From: Octopus sinensis
Taxonomy: Eukaryota
Length of the DNA: 64,000 nucleotides
Direction of reading: 5' to 3'
Assembly: GCF_006345805.1 (NCBI RefSeq)
Contig: NC_042999.1
Span: 56,358,001-56,422,000, forward strand
Both the position numbers and the translations under genes were made by a program. The number at the start of each line of letters is the position of its first letter. The stretch's first letter is position 1. Shown here piece after piece: positions 1 to 9,261 of the stretch. Under the pieces are notes generated by a model that ran no database searches, was not told the origin of the DNA, and saw nothing but the letters and a program-made list of their open reading frames with translations.

Positions 1-73
1 TATAATTGGCACTTAACAGCTGTTTACACAAACTATGAATATGAACAGATTAATAATTTTACAAAAGCGCAGA

Positions 74-1400
74 CACGGCTGTGTGGTTAAGAACATCGCT
101 TCGCAAACCCCGTGGTTTTAGGTTCAATCTCGTTGCGTGGCCCCTTTCGTGTCTTTTACTATGGCTTCGGCCTGACCAATGTCTTGTAACTGAATTTGGT
201 TGATGGAAACTGTGAAGAAGCTCATCGTATACATACACACATACGAGGAAGAACCCAAAACAAACCGGAATTTTGCAATATTATTTCATTCCCCTCGTTT
301 TACATATTTACTCTTTTATCGCCTTTAAAGTATTCTCCATTTGAAGCAAAATACATCGGTCCAGATGCATTTCCACTGTTGGAAGCAGTGCTTGAACTCT
401 TCGTCTTTTTTTCTTCTTCTTCACCTCTTCCACATCTTCAAATTCCGTAACACTGGCTTTCTTTACAGTGATGGCCTTCGTTGGCTTTTCATTACCAGTG
501 ATGGATCAACTTTCAACTGTTCTTTCAGTTCACGACACGCATTCAGTCGTGACTGCTTTTGATCTTCCGTGAGCAAGCGAGGCACAAATTTTGCTGCAGC
601 TCTTTTCATTTGCAGTTCCTCGCTCAAAATTCGTTGGCAGAAGTCCCAGGACACACCAGTTTGTCAATTGTTCGGAGACGGTCCTCCGAAATCACTTCAT
701 GAATTTTTATGATGTTTTTTTATCCGTTCGGCAGGTCGACGGTCTTCCTGGACGAGGTTGGTCATCAAGTGACAAGTGACCATTCATAAAGCATGAAAAC
801 CACTCGTAAACTTATGTTTTTCTCATGGCAGCGTCCTTGTAAGCTGTTTGAAGCGTGACAGCTGTTTTACCTACCGTTTTCTCCAGCAGAAAACAGAATT
901 CCACGGAAGCACTCTGTTCCTTCGTTACAGCCATCGCAAAAATCGACAAACAAGGGAGGAGCACTACTAAACAAAGATGCACCACTTGGCAGTATGCCCA
1001 CACTGAACAACGCCGGTCGGCAGACTGATGCCTGAGGGTTGCATCAAGTGGCTTCTAACGGCGGAAGCTTGAACTACAATGGGCTTGTCCCACAGGGAAC
1101 GTTTCTTGCTACTTTGGGGTACCTCCTCGTATATACAAACATTCACACACACGTATATGTATTATACATACATATACACACACACTCACACATATATTTA
1201 TTATACACACACACACATACACATATATCCATACATGAGTATATGTGTGTGTGGTTTATGTGTTTGCCCCACCACCACTACCACCGCTCTACAAACGATG
1301 TTGGTTTGTTTATGTCCCCTTAACAGTTCGGCAAAAGAGAGTGATGCAATAAGTACCAGAATTTCTTTTTAAATCATAAATACTGTGTTCGATTTCGATC
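74..1400 (+). mobile_element. tRNA-headed SINE (family A), split by a mariner insertion
   Basis: Head ggctgtgtggttaagaac...ggttcaatc at ~77-130, a microsatellite, and tail cagttcggcaaaagagag...aagtaccag at ~1320-1360. The same head and tail recur many times in the window. Confidence 0.7.
244..1129 (-). mobile_element. Internally deleted mariner (Tc1/mariner) element with transposase pseudogene
   Basis: Imperfect TIRs TA|cgaggaagaacccaaa and ctttggggtacctcctcg|TA. Minus-strand remnants include EQSASVEFCFLLEKT..TAYKDAAM (HTH), DDQPRPGRPST, AAKFVPRLLT (WVPHEL-equivalent) and C-terminal CFQQWK...NGEYFKGD. The DD34D core is deleted near 455-480. Confidence 0.9.
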
Positions 1401-1519
1401 GATTAAACCAACTGTCGTCGACAGTTCCTCGCTCAGATTTTCGGGTTTCATTGCAAAGGCTTTACCCCTCTCACTCGCTCTTGTTTCTTCCTGCGGGGAC
1501 ATGAATAACATTTTTTTCT

Positions 1520-1740
1520 TTTTTTTTTTTACTCTAGGCACAAAACCCCAAATTTTGGGGGAGGGGGCCAGTCGATTAGATCTACCCCAGAACGCAATTG
1601 GTACTTAATTTATCGAACCCCGAAAGGATGAAAGGCAAAGGTGACCTCAGTGGAATTTGAACTCAGAACGTAAAGACAGGCAAAAAAACTTCAAGCATTT
1701 CGCCCGGCGCGTTAACCATTCTGCCAGCTCCCCTCGCCTT
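1520..1740 (-). mobile_element. SINE family C
   Basis: Reverse complement of gagctggcagaa...ttctgagttcaaattcc...gcctttcatcctttcggggtcgataaattaagtacc, which recurs at 13171, 19030, 29485, 55520 and elsewhere. Confidence 0.75.
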
Positions 1741-2077
1741 GACACGAATAAAACTTATACGACGTTAATTAGTTAGTTTATGGCGTATATAATTGTACGT
1801 CGGTTGATAGTTAATAAATTAACACCCTGGGTGGGAATTAAACCATATCATTATCACAAAGAATGTGACACTGGTCCATAAAAAAAATGTACCTCCTTCG
1901 ATCTATTTCTCAACCTTTTCTCAACTAAAAGTCAGCAGAGTAGAATGGCAAATGGTTGCCAAAGACAGCAGGAGTCCATAACAACAAGGCTTAATTCCAA
2001 TTTTATCATGTCAATCGAAGAAATTTATTATATTACTGAGGTTGTAGTGATGTGCAGTCACATGTCTGTCCATGTGT

Positions 2078-2081
2078 ATGC

Positions 2082-2143
<62 letters not shown>

Positions 2144-2229
2144 ATGTATGTATGTATGTATGTATGCGTGTATATGAGTGTGTGTGTGTGTATGTATGTA
2201 TGTATGTATGTATGTATGCGTGTATATGA

Positions 2230-2261
<32 letters not shown>

Positions 2262-2570
2262 ATGTATGTATGTATGTATGTATGTATGTATGTATGTATG
2301 TATGCGTGTATATGAGTGTGGTGTGTATGTATGTATGTAGTATGTATGTATGTATGTATGCGTGTATATGAGTGTGTGTGTGTATGTATGTATGTATGTA
2401 TGTATGTATGCGTGTATATGAGTGTGTGTGTGTGTGTATGTATGTTGTATGTATGTATGTATGTATGTATGTATGTATGTATGTATGTATGTATGTATGC
2501 GTGTATATGAGTGTGTGTGTGTGTATGTATGTATGTATGTATGTATGTATGTATGTATGCGTGTATATGA

Positions 2571-2602
<32 letters not shown>

Positions 2603-2715
2603 ATGTATGTATGTATGTATGTATGTATGTATGTATGTATGTATGTATGTATGTATGTATGTATGTATGTATGCGTGTATATGAGTGTGTGTGTGTGTGT
2701 ATGTGTGTATGTATA
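2078..2715. repeat. Compound (TG)n/(TATG)n microsatellite with higher-order unit
   Basis: Blocks of (tatg)n-cgtgtatatgag-(tg)n repeated roughly ten times. Confidence 0.95.
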
Positions 2716-2946
2716 TGTACAAATTACGGGGGGAGGGTAGTTCACAGGTGATCTAAATGATTAGGAACACTAGGTAAGTGATGTAACGGATTACTGGGGC
2801 TCCAAGGTTATAACCGAGACGGTAGTTATGGAGCCATTGCAGATTTCCGATATAACGGATATATAATTGTTAAAGAGGACAACAAACATTAAGGCAAGAC
2901 AAACATCTCAAGTCTTATACAATATTATTATAGGAAGACATTCAAA

Positions 2947-3002
2947 GTCTTACAGCTGTTTCTGGGATATCCTCGAGTATGGGATATTCCGTCATCAGAA
3001 AC
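2947..3002 (-). ncRNA. Minimal type I hammerhead ribozyme motif (GUA site)
   Basis: Minus strand reads GTTT CTGATGA CGGAATATCC CATACTCGA GGATATCCCA GAAAC AGCT GTA AGAC. Stem I is GTTT/AGAC, stem II has 8 of 10 pairs, and stem III is the palindrome ACAGCTGT. Confidence 0.75.
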
Positions 3003-3280
3003 AAATTAGGGACAAAAATATGGAAAATGAGAATGGAATATATCAATAGGATGATAACATAGAGGAAGGGAGTAAAAGAATAAGGAGATGGAAAAAGAGA
3101 ACTCCTTTTCCTTCTCTCTTTCTGGGATATCCTCGAGTAAGGGATATTCCGTCATCAGAAACAAATTAGGGACAAAAATATGGAAAATGAAAATGGAATA
3201 TATCAATAGGATGACAACATAGAGGAAGGGAGTAAAAGAATAAGGAGATGGAAAAAGAGAACTCCTTTTCCTTCTCTCTT
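2961..3280. repeat. 160-bp tandem duplication followed by an inverted arm (to ~3375)
   Basis: 2961-3120 is nearly identical to 3121-3280. 3281-3375 is the reverse complement of parts of 3200-3260 and 2905-2950. Confidence 0.9.
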
Positions 3281-3371
3281 TCCATCTCCTTACTCCCTTC
3301 CTCTATGTTGTCATCTTATTGATAAGATTTTAAATTTCTTCCTGTAATAAATATTGTATATGACTTAACAA

Positions 3372-3402
<31 letters not shown>

Positions 3403-3479
3403 TGTATGTATCTGTGCAGGTTTGTATGCTTTGCTTTATGTATGCTGATGCATATGGTTGCATATCTAGACATGCTCAA

Positions 3480-3853
3480 ATATATTTAAATGATAAACTT
3501 CTAGAAAATTTCAAAGATTTTTACAGTCCCAATGATTGGTTGGATCCGTAGACTTCGAATTAGCTTTCTCCTTTCTGGTTTTGAGAAATCTAATTTCTCA
3601 AGAGTGGTATTTAGGCAGTGTGTTACATATCCCAAGAATGTATGTAAGTATGTAACTTTGATAGGTTAGCAAGTCTGAAAACCTTAGTTCTCCGACATTG
3701 CCACATCGACAGGTAACTAATACAGATAAGTGCATCACTAATTACTGGTACAAAAATAATTTTATAAACTGGATAGAGAAGCTCCTGGGCCCAGTTGCTG
3801 CCTCGAGATCTCCCAGCCAACTTGACCTTAGATGACATATCTGCGTCTGTGTG

Positions 3854-3903
<50 letters not shown>

Positions 3904-4000
3904 CATGTGCGTGTGGAGCTTCTTCCACATTCGTAATATGGACTTTCGTAGCATGAAAAATATTTTCCCAAGATTTCAATGTAATTCAACAGAAATAGAT
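3480..4000 (-). mobile_element. Possible C-terminal remnant of an RLE-type non-LTR retrotransposon
   Basis: Minus-strand fragments VEEAP[(CA)n]DADMSSKVK, LYPVYKIIFVPVISDAL and KLIRSLRIQPIIGTVKIF resemble the RLE C-terminus of NeSL/R4/HERO-like elements. Recognised by eye only; frameshifted. Confidence 0.35.
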
Positions 4001-4586
4001 TTCGCGTTACGGAATCTCACATTACGGTAAGATTTTTCAGAAGATGTTTCTAAAGCAAGGCATGCCTCTGCGTATATGTGTACACACACACACTTCAGCA
4101 CAAATACTTCATCATTGCAAACAAAGCATCTGTGCTGCTAAACCTCTCCTGTTGTTATCAACAGGAGAGTTTACTGTGTGTGTGTGTGTGTGTGTGTGTA
4201 ACTGTGCTAAGCTAAAGACGCAATCTGCATGGACAATAATAATTAGGTTACTGTTAACATATTTAATGCAGAGATCATTAACAACGTAATTATATTAGAA
4301 ATATAAGACGAAAAGATAATTACTTTTACTTAGGTTTTAATGCAAATTACATTAAATATTTTAATTTTACTACTGTTTATTTTATTTCTTTATTCATTTT
4401 ATTTTATTTACTTATTTTGTAAATGGTGTCCCTAAGAATTCATGTCAACGATTTGCTATATTTTTCAATTTCAGCTCTATATTTAAGAGATGAGGAATTA
4501 TTTACGTTATTTATATTACTTACATTATTTACGCTATTTACATTATTTACTTTTGACGGATATTTGTCCTCATCTTGTTTGTTGTT

Positions 4587-4632
4587 AACACAACGTTTCG
4601 GCTGATATACCCTCCAACCTTCATCAGGTATC
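4587..4632 (-). ncRNA. Minimal type I hammerhead ribozyme motif
   Basis: Minus strand reads GATAC CTGATGA A GGTTG gagggtatat CAGCC GAA ACGT T GTGTT. Stem I is GATAC/GTGTT (GACAC in the sister copy at 33712-33724), stem II is GGTTG/CAGCC, and stem III is the palindrome ACGT. Confidence 0.65.
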
Positions 4633-4634
4633 TT

Positions 4635-4713
4635 GAGCATATGGCGTAGTGGTTAAGAGCGTAGGCTACTAACCAAAAGATTCCGAGTTCGATTCCAGGC
4701 AGTGACCTTGATG

Positions 4714-4750
<37 letters not shown>

Positions 4751-4780
4751 TAGTAGTAGTAGTAGTAACAATAACAACAA
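4635..4780 (+). mobile_element. tRNA-derived SINE head plus (AAT)n tract
   Basis: A box TGGCGTAGTGG at 4642-4652, B box GAGTTCGATTC at 4685-4695, followed by (AAT)n/(AGT)n/(AAC)n. A second copy lies at 33909-33790 (-). Confidence 0.8.
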
Positions 4781-5294
4781 CGTGTTAACAACCATCAAGA
4801 TGAGGACAAATATCCAGAATTTACGAAGGAAGCAGTGTTCTGACGGTGGGTAATTCGAATGTACCAGTAATAGAAAAGTAAAGAAGGAAAAGTGACAATA
4901 ACTTTTGGAAGAAACAGGAAAAAAAAAAAAAACCTCTAATTAGAGTTATTTCCCTTAGACTACATTTTTGAAGTAATGAGTTACTTCCCTTGGACTGTAA
5001 AATTTGCTTAAAACTCTTTATGCATACATTTGGAAAGACACTTTTGATATATATATATATGCGTTTGACTCCCCAAACATACATGGCTGCAGGTAGAAAA
5101 GATGCATTCAAAAAAGCAAACGTTTGCTTTCATAGAAAATGTATAATCCAAGGATGTTATCTACATAAAAAAAAAATAATTAGGTGTTAATAAATTAAAC
5201 TTTTTTTTAATCATTTTTCTGTTGAAATGAATCCTCTTCATTTCAATTATTTTACAAAATAATGAAGTTTAGTAAGATGTATTGTTACTCCACA

Positions 5295-5454
5295 CCGTAT
5301 TTTAACGAGTATAAGGAACCCTTTTTTGTTAAAAATTAGGTTTAAAAAATATGGGGGTTTCTTATACATGGATACCATTATAATCCCTTACAAAACCTTT
5401 TCTCCAGTTTTAAACACCCCAAATTATGGGTTCCTTATACACGTTAAAATATCG
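5295..5454. mobile_element. Tigger/pogo-type MITE
   Basis: ~27-bp TIRs ccgtattttaacgagtataaggaaccc / gggttccttatacacgttaaaatatcg. Confidence 0.7.
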
Positions 5455-5582
5455 TAGATCTCATTCAGAGATTTAAAACTAGTTGCTTTTCTCCTCACGA
5501 GATCAACGACTGACAATCGCTTCGATAAGTATATACTGTGAGTAAGGTCAGCTGGCTGCTGTCTTTAGCCAGACAGTTGTCC

Positions 5583-5624
5583 AGTACTGAAGAAAGGAAA
5601 TTACCCAGAAACCATTGGTCTGCT
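5583..5624 (+). ncRNA. Hammerhead ribozyme motif (GUC site), weakened stem II
   Basis: AGTA CTGAAGA AAGG AAATTA CCCA GAAA CC ATT GG TC TGCT. Stem I is AGTA/TGCT and stem III is ACC/GGT. The stem II sequence resembles the motif at 18507. Confidence 0.55.
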
Positions 5625-5961
5625 AGTACTGCTGATAAACCAGCTGGAAAAGATGTTTTCCTGAGGTTGAAAAGTAGCAACACATTCCGATTTAGGACTG
5701 TTATGTTATGATAGCAAATAAACTTTACTATCCAGTGCTGTTACTATATAGATTTCATTCAGAAATTCAAAAATAGTTGTTTTTCTCTTTCAGTAAAATA
5801 ATTTTCTTTTTATTCAGCTGAAAATTTTGATGGAAGATTTTAACTTTGATCAACTTATCCCATTTTACAGTTCTATATCTAAGAGATGAGGAATTATGTA
5901 CACTATTTACATTTGACGGATATTTGTCAAGGAAACAGAAATATATTATCTCACATATTCT

Positions 5962-6034
<73 letters not shown>

Positions 6035-6039
6035 TATAT

Positions 6040-6370
6040 CATCATCGTCGTCGTTTAATACCCGCTTTCCATGCTAGCATGTGTTGGACAGTTTGACTGA
6101 GTGCTTGCAAGCCAGAAGGCTGCACCAGGCTCCAATCTGATCTGGCAAAGTTTCTACAGCTGGAAGCCCTTCCTAATGCCAACCAGTCCAAGAGTGTAGG
6201 GGGTGCTTTTACTTACCACCAGAATGAGAGCCAGTTAGGCAGTACTGGCATCAGCCATGCTCAAATGGTGCTTTTTACATGCCACCTGCACAGAAGCCAG
6301 TCCAGTGGCACTAGCAATGACCACGTTTGAATGGTGCTTTTTATGTGCCACCGGCACAGGAGCCAGTTCA
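6040..6370 (-). mobile_element. Family B element (RTE-LINE-derived 3' end, (ATG)n tail)
   Basis: catcatc..gtttaa..ccatgctagcatg..ctgcaccaggctcc..gcccttcctaatgccaac, seen in about 20 copies in the window. Confidence 0.8.
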
Positions 6371-6991
6371 TGTATGACAATTCAATTTTGGTATTAACCT
6401 TGTAGCTTGCTTTAAAATGTCCATCTATGGATATTCATATAAGTACCGGGCACTGGACAGTAACAGTTAGTGCTAATAGTCAGGGATTACAATAAATACA
6501 TTATACCGTGTAAGATCACAATGCAACTGAGACAACTTAAGGCCTCTCTTTCCTTTACTTTGGCAGTTGATGTGTTGGACTGTCAAAATGATAGCATTCC
6601 AAATCCTTCTCTGTATTTTCAATTGATCAATTGAATTAATTCAACCATGAATGTACATCTGAAACAGCTATAAGTCTATAATGCACATATAAATGCATAA
6701 AGCTCTTTATTTATTCATTTTCTAAATGTCACACGGTGAAAACATACCACAACATTTTGGTAACACAACCATAGTAATACATTATTATTTCAACCATCCA
6801 ACTTCAGATGACCTGGAGTTCAATAACAATCAACAAGACCTTTTGTTAGCCTCCAATATTTGTATCTGCAGAGAGAGGTCAGGAAGTATTTTGCCCAGAT
6901 TACTAATCCCTAATTAATAACTCTTTATATATATATTATATATAGAGAGAGGGGAAGAGAAATAGATAGGTAGATAGATAAATAGACAGAC

Positions 6992-7022
<31 letters not shown>

Positions 7023-7063
7023 TAGACAGAAAGATATGTAGACAGACAGACAAATAGATAGAC

Positions 7064-7111
<48 letters not shown>

Positions 7112-8415
7112 ATTTCTAGATAGCTTTTTAAAACTGACCACATAAAATAAGTTAAGACTAACCAGAATATCTGTGACTTTTCAGTCCATCATTTGCTGTT
7201 GTTAATTTGGTGCAACGACTAATGGCACCATGCAATTATGAATGGTTCTTCACTTGGTCGGCGATGTCCTTTTGAGGCATTGTAACCTCATCAGAGTACA
7301 CATATGGAGGGTGGTGGGTATTTAAGCAGGTAGGAATTGTAATGTTACTTAAGAATAAAATATTTAAACCAGGGTCGAACCTTTAAGTTTTTACTTGTTT
7401 CAGTCTTAAGACTGTGGCCATGCTGGGGCACCACCTTGAAGAATATTTTAGTTGAACGAATTGACCCCGGGTGCCACACAGTGGGACTGAACCCAGAACC
7501 ATGTGGTTGGGAAGCAAACTTCTTACCACACAGCCACGCCTACAACTATTTTCGTAAAAAATCTTTGTTAGGATTAGAACATCAAATGGATATTGTGTTT
7601 TATATCAGTGAGCAGAACCTTAATTGACAAAGGCAAAGACAGTGTTAGGCACAAGTGTAACTGAGGGGTTAAGAAGCCACCTTAAATTACAACCTAACAA
7701 GGGAAACAAATGGGTTGACCCTTTTTGGACCTTATTTCTGCTGAAGTGCACTGCTTTTGTTTCAAGTATCTATGAAGGAAGGTTTTAATTTAAATCATTT
7801 TATCGCATGTAAAAAAGCACCCACTACACTCGCAGAGTGGCTGGCATTAGGAAGGACATCCAGCTGTAGAAACTTTGCCAGATCAGATTGGAGCCTGGTG
7901 CAGCCTCTGGCTTACCAGCTCTCAGTCAGGCCATCCAACCCATGCCAGCATGGAAAGCAGACATTAAACGATGATGATGATGATGATGATGATGAAAGGG
8001 AAGTTTGTGTCATAAAACAAAGGACAGTTTCCAGGAGGCTGGTGTCGAAATGGTTAAGTAATAGAAGTAAAAGATGAGATGTCTTTGATTACCTATCTGT
8101 CTGGTCATGGCTGTCCTGTGGCTAAAACAACAGCAAAAACAACTATAAAAATATTGGTTCCAAATTTTGGCACAAAGCCAGCAATATTGAATGAGTGGTT
8201 AAGGCGATTGCATTGTCCGTTGTGCTCAACTGGCAATTATGTTATTGACACCAAAAGGATGAAAGACAAAGTCAACCTTGGTGGAATTTGAACTAAGAAA
8301 ACAAAGATGGATGGAATACTGCTAAGCATTTTGGCTGACGTGCTAAGAATTCTGCCAGTTGCTGCCTTAAAAATATTTAAAATCAATTTTTGTGTTCTGG
8401 TCATGTGACAAAAGA

Positions 8416-8805
8416 TATGGCTGTGTGGTAAGTAGCTTGCTTACTGGTCACATGATTCCGGGTTCAGTCCTGCTGCATGGCACCTTGGCAAGTGTCTTCT
8501 ACTATAGCTTTGGGCCGATCAAGGCCTTGAGTAGATTTGGTAGATGGAAACTGGATGAAGCCCATCGTATATGTATATATATGTGTATGTATGTTTGTGT
8601 ATATGTTTGTCTGTCTGTCCCCCTAACATCGCTTGACAACCGATGCTGGTGTGTTTACGCTCCTGTAACTTAGTGGTTCAGCATAAGAGACCAATAGAAT
8701 AAGTACTAGGCTTACAAAGAATAAGCTCTGGAGTAGATTTGCTCAGCTAAAGGTGGTGCTCCAGCATGGCCGCTGTCAAATGACTGAAACAAGTAAAGGA
8801 GTAAA
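8416..8805 (+). mobile_element. tRNA-headed SINE (family A), full head-microsatellite-tail
   Basis: Head ggctgtgtggtaag..gggttcagtcc..caccttggcaagtgtcttc (CORE-like motif), (TG)n, and tail ending ggtgctccagcatggccgc..gactgaaacaagtaaa. Confidence 0.8.
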
Positions 8806-8841
8806 TTCACAACAAACAAATCTGTTTTCGAATAAAAATGT

Positions 8842-8847
8842 TTTAAT
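8842..8847 (-). terminator. Candidate ATTAAA polyadenylation signal of the ASB-like gene
   Basis: ATTAAA on the minus strand ~90 nt after the stop codon. Common in AT-rich DNA, so weak evidence. Confidence 0.2.
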
Positions 8848-8936
8848 AGAAATTTCATAACAAACATAACTTATGAGCTGCTTATGAAAGTTTCCTGTTT
8901 CCATAAAAATCTGTCAGATTATGAATTAAGATTATC

Positions 8937-9261
8937 CTAAAGTTTTGAAAGAGTGATATAATCTTTCAGTATCTTTGGTAAAGGTAGGAACTGTGATTTG
9001 TACAGAATCTGAGAATGTAACTCTTGTCGAATGACAATGCGTGTGAGAGCTTGTAGAGTCATTGGAGAGGAATAAATACTGGCCAACCAATTCCTGATGT
9101 CGGCTTCTAAAATGAATGGAGTAAAACAGTTAATGATGACAGAAGCGGCAGACTGCTTGGCAGAGTAAGTTGTTGAAGAAACATCTTGGTTATTTTTGGA
9201 CTCGAGTGGTTCAGCATAGTTACCAGAAAATATCAAAGTTTTCAACAATTTTGTTTTTTGG
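8937..9261 (-). CDS. ASB-like gene, last coding exon (SOCS box)
   Basis: Acceptor tttcag|C CAA (phase 2). Encodes ...SPMTLQALTRIVIRQELHSQILYKSQFLPLPKILKDYITLSKL* with BC-box-like TLQALTRIVIR and Cullin-box LPLP..LKDY motifs; TAG at 8939-8937. Confidence 0.92.

Noticed and set aside
1945-2751. Long ORFs such as MYVCMYVC.../YIHTYIHT... (also 24140-24590, 49784-50340, 51515-54638)
   Set aside because: These are translations of stop-free microsatellites, with no splice or domain evidence.
4635-4708. Functional tRNA gene
   Set aside because: It has A and B boxes but no convincing acceptor stem, is followed by an (AAT)n tract, and has a diverged second copy, so it is a SINE head.
7262-7300. Minus-strand CTGATGAGG...CCTC AAAA
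   Set aside because: There is no GAAA in register and no stem III, NUH or stem I.
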